A stretch of 64,000 nucleotides of DNA from Tubiluchus corallicola (lineage: Eukaryota; Animalia; Priapulida), in the NCBI GenBank assembly GCA_030141605.1, contig JAQGDQ010000343.1, positions 1 through 64,000 on the forward strand, written 5' to 3'. Made by a program: the position numbers and the translations under genes. Below, piece by piece: positions 13,049-33,862 of the stretch. Below the pieces are notes generated by a model, which was not told the origin of the DNA, made no database searches, and worked only from the letters and a program-made list of their open reading frames with translations. The stretch's first letter is position 1; the number at the start of each line of letters is the position of its first letter.

Positions 13049-14191
13049 CTTAACAAAATTTAGTTTTGTGTTGCTCAATTATTTTATTTTATTTTTATTA
13101 AGTTAACTGCCGATTATTATGCATGTTGTGGTCAAACTAAAGAAGGGGTGGACAAACACACAGCTATATGATCCTCGTAACTGCTAGAAGCTCTCGTTGC
13201 TGAAACCATGGCAACGCCATGCAGTTGCCCTCTCCCAATATAAATTAACGTTTTCTACATTTGATACTTTTCAACATTTCTATAATACTACGAATTTATG
13301 TGTTAAAAAAGTGAGATAAATTTTCTGTTCCATGTTTGTTCACCCTAGCGTTAGTGTTTGTGAAGTTCTGCATGGGGCAATTAATATGTTTTAATTTTTT
13401 ATTATTACTGTATTAAAGTAGGTCTAAGTCAATCTACTATAACGCAGGCGCTAACAAAATCTAAACTAGACAAACTGTGAAACTAGACAAACTGTAGATA
13501 GTATAACATGCATTAAATGGCAAAAGTGGTAATAAAAACTTCTGTTATTTATTAGGAAATATCACAAATTTTGTAAGAACAGCTATATTATTTTCCCTCT
13601 GCAGTACTTTTAAATGTTGGCGTATATCAAGTCAAAGCGATTTTTTTCAATTTTTCTCCAATCTCAGCAAGCTCTTAGCCTTTGCAAAATTCTTTTAATG
13701 ACTGAAACTTCATTGCTATGGCGAAGACAGTAGTGTTTGAAATGGGCCTGGCGTGAGATCCCTAGGTGACATTCTGTGGAAATCCAGAGCATCATATGGA
13801 TCACATGAATCTCTTATATTATTGACAATGTAGTTTTTCGACAAATGATGGTCTGAGAGACTGAGACTCTCAATACATGATCTCGATTTGCCTTTGGGTT
13901 GGTTTCTTAAACTCTTGAAGTTTCCAAAGAAGATAGCTAAAATGGCAAATCGTACTAGTGCAGTAGATCTTTCCAGATTTTCGTCTAATTTGAGCAAAAA
14001 GATTGGCCAAGGTTTTAGTTCATCTGTACCAACTTGTCAATGTAGAAAATGCGACATGTGTAATGATTGACACATTATGCGACGTATGTATAACGGATGA
14101 AGAATTTCCATGCTATGAAACCAAAATAAATTAAGTTTTAAAAATTAACAAAGTCTGCATGAGTTAATTGTGAAACACCTTGTTAGCACAT

Positions 14192-14209
14192 TGGTGTCAG
14201 AAGTGGGAT
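14192..14209 (+). mobile_element. Primer-binding site (tRNA-Leu type) of a Gypsy-like LTR retrotransposon relic
   Basis: tggtgtcagaagtgggat follows an LTR-like end (...gcaca) and is complementary to the tRNA-Leu 3' end. No intact gag/pol follows. Confidence 0.65.
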
Positions 14210-15746
14210 TTTCTAAAGTTGCTAAATCACAGTGACTCATAATGTTTCTATCATGACACTGCTCTGGTAATTCTTAAAAGTAGCTTTAGTAGTGATTGCT
14301 GTGATGACTTTCTGTTGCTGTGTTACCAGTCTAAAACAAGACTGTAAGACAATTAATGGTTGCATTAAAGATTAAAGTTGCAAACAACTTGTTGTAATGC
14401 AAGTATCTATTTGGCAAAAAATGAATATCCTTCTGTATCAACATTCCTGAAAAGTTACTTAGGGCACATCAGCTGATGTTGCTAGAAGGGATACTAGACT
14501 TATTTCTGAATCAAGATCTTTTTGTGCTTTGGAAATGTGACTTCTCTTCTTTGTGTGTGGGTATTAATCTATCTCTATGTGGTGAATGTGTTTTTGTAGA
14601 GTTTTCAAGTATTCAATGAAAAGTGATTATTACTTATCATAGTTTTAGTGTGCAAATAGATGTGAATAATCTATTATAGATTGCAATTACCAATAAAGAT
14701 TAAAACTTTATAGAATTTAGATAATAAGTATCGATTAATTTATAGGCTGTACTTTATAATCTATTATCTAGAGTTTTGACTGTTATCTAGAATTTCAGCT
14801 TTTTCGTCTCTACGACAATTTTTTATTTGTATGAATCACTATTTTTAGATTGGCATTTCTATAAAATTATATTTTGTCGTTTTATGTATATTTTACGTAT
14901 ATTTTACTACGTAGTTAAGTAAAGTGCAAGAGTAGCCTTTACTGAGCTATATAATAAGTATAATCTACATTTTAAGCCTCATAAGTCATAACAAATTTTT
15001 ACTTACTTATTTTAAATCATTTACTTAGATTTATATATTATAATATAGAATATATATATATATATATATATGTAATATTATACAATATACAATATATATA
15101 TATTGACTGACGACTATTTGTAATGTTTGCTTGTAATTTTTGTGGTTAAAATAACATAAAGATAAAAACAAAATAAACGACTTTTGCCAGTTGTTGAATG
15201 TCACGTATGGCACTCATATTTGTCTCTCAAATCTCTCTGATTTGTTAGAAACTTTTCAAAAACGCTCAATGGAAGTAATTTTTCGAAGTAATACTTGTCG
15301 TCGTTCGAAATAACCCTAACCTAGATGCAGAATGGAAAGATTCAAGAACAGTTTTATTTCTTATGGTTCATCTAATTTCCAAACGTAAATTTAAACTTAT
15401 TTTGATTTAATTTGTTCACGTTCTCTTGTAACAGTGTAATATTGCTTGTTGCAGTATGTTCTATCTTGCTTAAATTTGCTAATAAGAATTTCATTATATT
15501 TTGTAATTTTATGCTGTGGTGTAATTCAACATTCTGGTTTTAATGATAATAAATGAAACTAAATGTACAACTGTGTTCTAGAATTTTATTTGCATTGTGT
15601 TAAAATTGGCTCAGCTATATTCTGCATTTTGCATTATGCTGCATTTTGTTAGTTAAGCATTTGTTGGTCTGCTTAGTAGTTGGATGATGGGCACAGATGA
15701 TCAGATGATTCTGCCATTAGGAGATCTTTTATATCATGAAGTAAAA

Positions 15747-16017
15747 CATAAATTAAGCAAAGGTTTTTCTAGAACCATATGAGTACCAAGTAGTCCAAGG
15801 TAACTTGAAAACTATTGACATTTTAGTTAATGTAATACATAAATTAAGCAATGGTTTTTCTAGAACCATATGAGTACCAAGTAGTCCAAGGTAACTTGGA
15901 AACTATTGACATTTTAGTTAATGTAATACATAAATTAAGCAATGGTTTTTCTAGAACCATATGAGTACCAAGTAGTCCAAGGTAACTTGGAAACTACTGA
16001 CATTTTAGTTAATGTAA
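15747..16017. repeat. 91-bp tandem repeat, 3 copies
   Basis: aattaagcaa...ctagaaccatatgagtaccaagtagtccaagg recurs at 15751, 15842 and 15933. Confidence 0.95.
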
Positions 16018-17094
16018 AATCGCAAAGCAAACATTTGCCCAGTGAGCACATGATTTGGATAATTAATTATATAAAAATACATCTTTAATTAAGATTTTGT
16101 TGTTTCCTGCCACTTTTGAATTGCTGACGGATAGTGTCACTTTTTGGGTAAAAATCTGGTTCTCCAATTTTGGTTGTTAGCACAGCATGTGCAGCAGTCA
16201 CGTGATTACAGGTTTTACATGAGATACAAATTCTCATCCAGTATCATTTAAAGGGGAAAAAAGGGGGATGAAATTTAAAGTTCGTCCAAAAAACTTTAAC
16301 GTTATCCAAAAACTAAAAAGTTATATTAATTAGCATTGCACTTACTTGTTTGAAAGACTTATGTAACTGGAAAAGAGAATTGTCAATAATTTAAAATATT
16401 CACGCCACATGGTAAAACATCGCTGAATCACCATTCCAAAGACCATCACTAATTACACTTTTGCTTAGTTAGTGAAGTGTTTGATGCAAATGATGTGATT
16501 TTTTTTTAAACTTTACCGATTGTTATTGAAACTTGTTTCAAATGAATTACAGTTGAATTTTTTATGCTAACCGTCATAGTGGAAGTTTCAAGCACATGTA
16601 AACTGTTTAATGTGACATTCTTATGCAATGACTTCACTTTCTTTGTGTAGATGGCTCTGACAGAATATCGGCCATCCATATTTCAAGATTGGCAGCTTGC
16701 ATGAGTGATAATTTTGTTTTGAGCTTATTTGCTAGGTAAATTACTAAAATGAAATTAAAAACTTATTTTAAAAATTTAAAATAAATCTTGATATATCCTG
16801 GTAAGTATACTTGTGCCACATACCAGGCAAATACACTGAAAGAAAATAGGTTTTCAATCAAAATTTGTTAACAGTTTAATTAGTGCGAGGCGTCGTATCA
16901 AACACTTAAGTGAAGTTTCATTGATTGTATTTTATACTATAGACACGAGTATCACGTTATGGTATAGGGTGTAGTGTGTTAACGGCGAAGTCGTTTTCCT
17001 TTTAACGATGTGTATTTTTTTACTCTCATGGGCGTCTAGTTTAATTTATTCTCACGGGCATGAGTTTTCTATCGAGAGTTCTTGTAATGAATAA

Positions 17095-18025
17095 AGCTTG
17101 CCTGCAAGAAACTCCTGATGGAAACTCTCAGCAAATCTCGAAGAGTTTGCAATGTCTTGCAGAGAGAAGTCCAAAAGTCGTTCACACTTACAAATTTACT
17201 CCGAAAGAGAACTCTCAGCAACATGCGGAAAGCTTGCAGTAACACATAGAGACTAGAGAGAACTTCCAAAATCGTTCACACTTACAAGTTTACTCCCAGA
17301 AAAGACTCTCAGCAAACCTCGGAGAGTTTGCAGTAACTTATAGAGAGAACTCCCAAAATCGTTCACACTTACAAGTTTACTCCCAGAAAAGACTCTCAGC
17401 AAAGCTCGGAGAGTCTGTAGTAACTTATAGAGAGAACTACCAAAATCGTTCACACTTACAAGTTTACTCCCAGAAAAGACTCTCAGCAAACCTCGGAGAG
17501 TTTGCAGTAACTTATAGAGAGAACTCCCAAAATCGTCCACACTTACAAGTTTACTCCCAGAAAAGACTCTCAGCAAACCTCGGAGAGTCTGTAGTAACTT
17601 ATAGAGAGAACTCCCAAAATCGTTCACACTTACAAGTTTACTCCCAGAAAAGACTCTCAGCAAACCTCGGAGAGTTTGCAGTAACTTATAGAGAGAACTC
17701 CCAAAATCGTCCACACTTACAAGTTTACTCCCAGAAAAGACTCTCAGCAAACCTCGGAGAGTCTGTAGTAACTTATAGAGAGAACTACCAAAATCGTTCA
17801 CACTTACAAGTTTACTCCCAGAAAAGACTCTCAGCAAACCTCGGAGAGTTTGCAGTAACTTATAGAGAGAACTCCCAAAATCGTTCACACTTACAAGTTT
17901 ACTGCCAGAAAAAACTCTCAGCAAATATCGGAAAGCTTGCAGTAACTCGTAGAGAGAACTCCCAAAATCGTTCACACTTACAAGTTTACTCACAGAAAAT
18001 TTACTCACAAGTTTACTCACAAAAC
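17095..18025. repeat. 87-bp minisatellite (8 near-identical copies plus diverged flanking copies)
   Basis: atcgttcacacttacaagtttactcccag recurs every 87 bp from 17271 to 17967. Variants gagtttgcagt and gagtctgtagt mostly alternate. Confidence 0.95.
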
Positions 18026-18560
18026 AACTCATCAAACCAGAGAATATTTGAAGGTCTTAGCGAGCGACTTCATGCTAAATAATTTAACAACAGTGTGAAC
18101 TCTGTTACGTAAAATAGGTCAAAATTTATACTTGTTTATAGTATGTAGGTTATAGTCAGACAGAAAAACGATTTACTGTAATACTGTAAGGCTATCGCTT
18201 CGAGTGTAAATATTAACGACTGTTTCACACCACACCACATTGCCAAGCACACTGCATCATGCACATGGCCGGTGTCTGTCAAAATGCTTTCCATACGAAA
18301 TTACTTGATGCAATTAAGCTTAATTGCGAATTTAGGTCACTTTTCTGATGACGACAATTCATTATTAGATAAAAACAACAGGCCAAGTAGGAAAGATTCG
18401 TTCAATAAATTAATGTTGTCAATGTTGCAAACTTTACGCAATGTTATCAAAACAATTATTTTTTTATATGTTTCTGTAATATGTGCAAACAGGATTTTTT
18501 GTTTAATAAATGATGACATTTTACACGATGGTTTTGAGCAATATTACAGCGTCCTGTCTA

Positions 18561-19173
18561 GGGGAGACCCGGGTAAAGTGGATCACTGGACAAAGCGGAT
18601 CAAATGTGTTTGCTCTTTTTTCCGCAAGGCGTCGCAGTCTACGCACTGTGTGATGTTACATCATCATCTACTATGTACTCTGCATAAACGACCTCGACCT
18701 TTGCAAAGTTTGTCTAAGTCAGGTACACAAAATTAAGTTTTTCATCCACTTTCTTACGATTTTTCACTTTTATAGATCATGGTGATAAATTCCACTTAGT
18801 GCAGATTTATTCGCTACTGTTTTTACATATGATGGATGGTTCACTGCTGCTTCATTTCAATTTATTTCTGCAAAATAAACAAAATTGATTCAAAAGATAT
18901 TGTTAGTCATGATGAGCTCAGCCGCTCCGGGCAAAGCGGATCAATTTGCCCATACGTATGATCCACTATGCCCGTAAAAAGATCCACTTTGCCCTAGAAA
19001 TTTTGGTTTCGTATTTCGGAATTATCTGTTAAACGAGTAATAGTAATTATACCACATGAATATAGCAGAGTTTCCTACGGAAGAATAGGGCATGTGATTG
19101 ATTGTTACAGATCAAACGTCTTGAACTCTATGAGCGAAAACCCTTAAGTGATCCACTTTACCCGGGTCTCCCC
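18561..19173. mobile_element. Tc1/mariner-superfamily (pogo-like) MITE
   Basis: Perfect 27-bp TIR ggggagacccgggtaaagtggatcact, preceded by TA (right flank is CA). Internal TIR-like repeats gcaaagcggatca and gatccactttgccc. Confidence 0.85.
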
Positions 19174-19283
19174 CATATCTTTAGTTAAACATCATAAATA
19201 ATGTGAGAACTGGAATGAGAATAATTAAGTAAACTAGTGTCTTCTGCAATGAGTAACCCTATTCTCAGTAACCATGTTCACAC

Positions 19284-19384
19284 CATCATCATCATCATCA
19301 TCATCATCGTCATCATCATCATACGCCCGTCACGTCGATTGTAGACATTGGGCAGGCAGAATTCTAAAATAAAAGAAATCTGCC

Positions 19385-19415
<31 letters not shown>

Positions 19416-19478
19416 CACGCCCGTCACGTCTATTGTAGACATTGGGCAGGCAGAATTCTAAAATAAAAGAAATCTGCC

Positions 19479-19509
<31 letters not shown>

Positions 19510-19572
19510 CACGCCCGTCACGTCTATTGTAGACATCGGGCAGGCAGAATTCTAAAATAAAAGAAATCTGCC

Positions 19573-19616
<44 letters not shown>

Positions 19617-19758
19617 ACGCCCGTCACGTCTATTGTAGACATCGGGCAGGCAGAATTCTAAAATAAAAGAAATCTGCCTTCAGACAGGTAAACGCAGCAG
19701 TAATCCAGCAAAAAAACTAGACACTGCTACGCCAGTGGCTTGTCAGCACCACTTCCGC
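19284..19758 (-). mobile_element. Retroposon (SINE/LINE) 3' end with (ATG)n tail, terminal ~65 bp reiterated four times
   Basis: Four units of (cat)n + acgcccgtcacgtctattgtagacattgggcaggcagaattctaaaataaaagaaatctgcctt, followed by a single body. An inverted single-unit copy lies at 21911-22054. Confidence 0.75.
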
Positions 19759-20200
19759 TAAACCATTGCCTTTACATCAACCATGAATCACAGTATAAAG
19801 TCTCTTTACCTGCTTTATAATTTGCTGGCATTCTTCTTCTTTTTCTTCTTGTTCTTCTTCTTGTTCTTCTTCTTCTTCTTCTTCTTCTTCTTCATGGTCT
19901 CATTCCATCTGTTGTAGACATTGGGGCATTGACATTTATTAGAGGTTTTACTGTCGATCAAAACGACAGTAACAAACAAAGGAGTATATAGTTATGTATA
20001 TAATTAACAAAGACAGTTTGAACATGGCATTTTTTCCTTGCAAGAATACTAAAGTCGTTAGCACAACTGAAAACGTAATTTTTCACAGATTTGTTTAATA
20101 TACGTGAACAACATAAAACTAACCAATGTAAAACGTGCAACAGACTCAACGTCCAACTGCAAATTTGGTAGAAAAACAACAGATACAGTGACATTTACAC

Positions 20201-20679
20201 CAGGGGTGTGCAAATTATCTGACTAGCCGGGACACATTAAACTTTCCCGCAATTCCTGCAGGTCACAGGCAGTTTGATCAAGGAGCCAAGTACAGTAGGA
20301 CCTAATAACGATTTTTTTTGCATCCGACCTGCATACGCCAATACTACTACACTCAAGAAACTATTTTAGAAGTTATTAAAATTTATATTACAAACCATGT
20401 ATTTCTACTTTCAGGACAGATAGTGGTAATTTCATTACAATGCATATTAGTAATGTGTATCACACAGTCTGTGTAGTACAGTGTTATTAAGCTACAACCG
20501 TCTTGTAAGGGTTAATGGCATCCGATCTAGTAGAAAAAACTACCCGCACTATCTTTGGGATCGTGGCACGGACTTCAGCTGGATACACTCAATTAATCGC
20601 CCGGGCCGCACTTTCATTAGGTTGACAAATCTCTTCGCGGGCCGCAAGTGGCCCGCGGGACGCATATTGCACACCCCTG
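20201..20679. mobile_element. hAT MITE
   Basis: TIR caggggtgtgcaa / ttgcacacccctg; perfect 8-bp TSD atttacac; subterminal ggcccgcggg motif. Confidence 0.92.
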
Positions 20680-21854
20680 ATTTACACAGCTGATCACTGA
20701 CAGGACTAGAAAAGAGTATTCGTAAGAAAAGCTTAAAAATTCGACTTGAATCGTAGAATGTTTGTGCTGTTGAAAATTTTGCTCAGCTGTAACGTCACCA
20801 TTAACTGGGCTCAATGGCCCTTAATTAAGTTTTGGACCTATTATTTAATTATCAGAAGCATTTCAGCATTAATACGGATGTTAAAATGTATACTTTTTTT
20901 ACCGTACTTCAAAGGGGGTAGGATCATCCTAAGAACGTTAGGCGCAGGCAGTTGAATTAAAGTCAACTGACACAAGTTTAAATAATCTTGCTATTCCTAA
21001 CACACTCTTCGATAATTAAGCAAATGTATAAATTACTTTATATCGTCAATAAGATTAATAACGTGTATTTGGTGAGCCAGTGAGGTACACTGGGATGGCA
21101 ATGCAGTACACGGTAGCCCGAAAATTTTAAATTATTGAAGATTTTTATTTTCCAGTTAAATAATTCTTTCAACATGGCAAGCATAATACTAAATTACATA
21201 ATTCTGAATGGAAATTTTTTAAACGTACTTTAAAATTGCCTCTTAGCCCTTCCTAAAAGTTCGTTAGACTAGTTGTGCGGAAAGATAGCCTTGGAGGTTG
21301 AAAGGATGTTGGTAAGTTTCTCCATCAGCTCTGAGCCTGTTGCAACACCCAAGATTTCATTATTGTTACTGAAATTTTTAGCAAGAAGTAGAGCCTCATC
21401 GACGTGACGTTCTCATTGCATTGCCTGTTGTTCTAGTAAAATAAATGTAAGTGAAATTTTATAAACAAAACAACATGAAATTTGTCAAGATACTATTTGA
21501 ACAACTCTACAGTCTGGGCATCTTGAAGCCATTAAACAATTTATGTCAAAACGTGATTATCAAAACAAAATTTAGTGTGAAAAGGAGTGGCTGCACCAAA
21601 CTGAAACTGGAAATTTTGGCTCAAGCAAATATGAAATTGACTGAACTGATTCCTACTTGGGATTTTTGCTAAGTTTAGGTGTTGATCGGCTAAGTTTGAT
21701 CTAATGCCATAAATCATATAAAAGAATTCACTGCCCAGAACATAGCAAATAAGTTTAGCAAATAAAACTACAACAAAAAACCTTAAGACTATAATATGGG
21801 TCTATGCATTTCCGCCATTGTTTTACCGATAAGGATTACCAGAGTTCCAATGAT

Positions 21855-22278
21855 TGATGATCGTGAAAAGGTCAAAGGTTAAGTGGACCCCAAAACGCCT
21901 AGCAGTCAATGCAGAAGTGGTGCCGACAAGCCACTGGCGTAGCAGTGTCTAGTTTTTTTGCTGGATTACTGCTGCGTTTACCTGTCTGAAGGCAGATTTC
22001 TTTTATTTTAGAATTCTGCCTGCCCAATGTCTACAAGACGTATGATGATGATGACTACTGTAATAGCCACAGTTTTGAAAAGGTTTTAGGAGCCAGAACC
22101 TTACCTAGTTCATGTTTTCTCGTTCCCAAGTAAGATCCTGCTAGCAAATCACTCTACGCGCAAGTTAATGAATAACTAAGTAAGGTCCCGCACATGTCAC
22201 GTGACCGTTGTAGTTACGACGCGCTGCTGGTGTTCACTTAACCTTTGACCTACAGTAACTGCGCGTGCGCACAACGAG
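21855..22278. repeat. Dispersed repeat (inverted copy at about 48576-48912) carrying a nested retroposon 3' end (21911-22054)
   Basis: tgatgatcgtgaaaaggtcaaaggttaagt, ttacctagttcat..gcaaatcactcta and ttaacctttgaccta..gcgcacaacga are all found reverse-complemented at 48.6-48.9 kb. Confidence 0.7.
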
Positions 22279-22643
22279 AATGTGAAAAGGCTCATTCGAT
22301 ACTCGCCAGGCTTCTGTGCGTTGTTCCATGACAACATTGGAGCGATTATTTTTTCAAAGTGACGGGTTACATTGGTTATACAAGAAGAGAGAATTACCTA
22401 ATCGTTGAAATAGGTAACAATCTACACCAGTTAGTAGCAGTCCTGAAAAGACCTGTAGTTTACTGTTTAGCTATAACTTATCAAGAGCAGTTAATCTGGA
22501 ACAAACAAGCCACTCCATCAAGTTAACAAGATATTTACATTAATGACCAACTGAAATGCACTTTTACTTTAAGTAAACATTTGCATAGTAATCACAGCAC
22601 AGTGTGGACATTGAAACCACTAGACGGACACTCATTTTGTATC

Positions 22644-32533
<9,890 letters not shown>

Positions 32534-32778
32534 GAAATAATTTAAAAGACGACAAAATTGTTTACACACAGAACTTGCGTTAGAGGTAATGCTGCATAAA
32601 ACTTGACAGTGTAAACTCCTGCGATGACCGATAGGCGCCGCCACTAGGTGGTTTGAAACAAGTTCAGATAACATTGGGTAAAGTTTGAAAAAATAATCAG
32701 AGCATTCGTAGCTCACTCTTCACTAACAACGCAAAAGTATAAATGACTTTGTCTTGTCGATAAGGTCAATAATGTTTC

Positions 32779-33862
32779 TGCGCAAAGGCACCCGCCCAAT
32801 CTTCTCTGTCGCACGCAAAGGGTTGCGGGTTCGCGTCTCGCCGAGGTTACTTTTTCGCGCGGATTCGAGCCGAAACTGGTGGAACTTAATGCTCGGGCCT
32901 TACTTCGTCGCGTACGCACGTTGAAAAAAAATCGCGCTACTTTTGTGCGAGGTGAAAAACTTTTACCGCAGCGGTGTGCGAGCCCGGGGCCCCTCGTTAC
33001 AGCACGGGCGTGTCAGCAGACGAAGATAATTTATTGAGCATAAGCAATAGTATAACTTTTCGTACGATTAGTAGATGCATTGAATACCTGTTTATGTGGA
33101 AATTCTCACAGTAATTCACCTTGTAATTCATTTACGTGTTGAAAAGAAGAATACAGTGCAGAAAAAAATACAGATATACAAGTTATACAGTTCAGGAGCA
33201 TGGCAGAAAAAAAATAAAACCTGAACTGAACTGTATAACTTGTATATCTGTATTTTTTCTGCACTGTATTCTTCCTTTCAACATGTAATTTTAACTGTAA
33301 TGTTATCTGTAATTCTAACCAGAAGTGCAGTTTTTTTTGCTAAAACAAAAAAATGTATAAGTATAAATGTAGTTTTTAAAACTGTAGTAAAAGTCTATCA
33401 GATGACTTTTTCTATCTTGCTCTATCAGATAAAATAAAATAATAATGAAATCAGTAGTATAGTTATAAAAATGTTTAAAGCCTTAAAAATAAAACCTTAT
33501 AACCTTACAATCTTGTTTTCTTTTGGTATGTTGGAATTGATTTTGCTGAATAAATAAATTATACACAGTATATAAAGTGCCAAATAACACCAGAAACTTG
33601 TGAAATGTAGTTTATGCACGTTCAATTATGCATTCAAAATGAATTACAAGGTGAATTACTGTGAGAATTTCCACATAAACAGGTATTCAATGCATCTACT
33701 AATCATACGAAAAGTTATACTATTGCTTATGCTCAATAAATTATCTTCGTCTGCTGACACGCCCGTTTCGGCAGAATCCGCGCGAGAAAAGTGACTTCGG
33801 CGAGACGCGAACCCGCAACCCTTTGCGTGCGACAGAGAAGATTGGGCGGGTGCCTTTGCGCA
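32779..33862. repeat. Long inverted repeat (foldback) enclosing a second hairpin
   Basis: Arm 32779-33133 (with a ~130-bp extra block) is the near-perfect reverse complement of 33637-33862. Inner stem 33134-33195 pairs with 33226-33286. Confidence 0.9.

Noticed and set aside
13716-14070. 93-aa and 60-aa ORFs
   Set aside because: No recognisable motif or splice context.
17253-18035. 260-aa repeat ORF
   Set aside because: Artefact of the 87-bp unit being a multiple of three; no splice or domain support.
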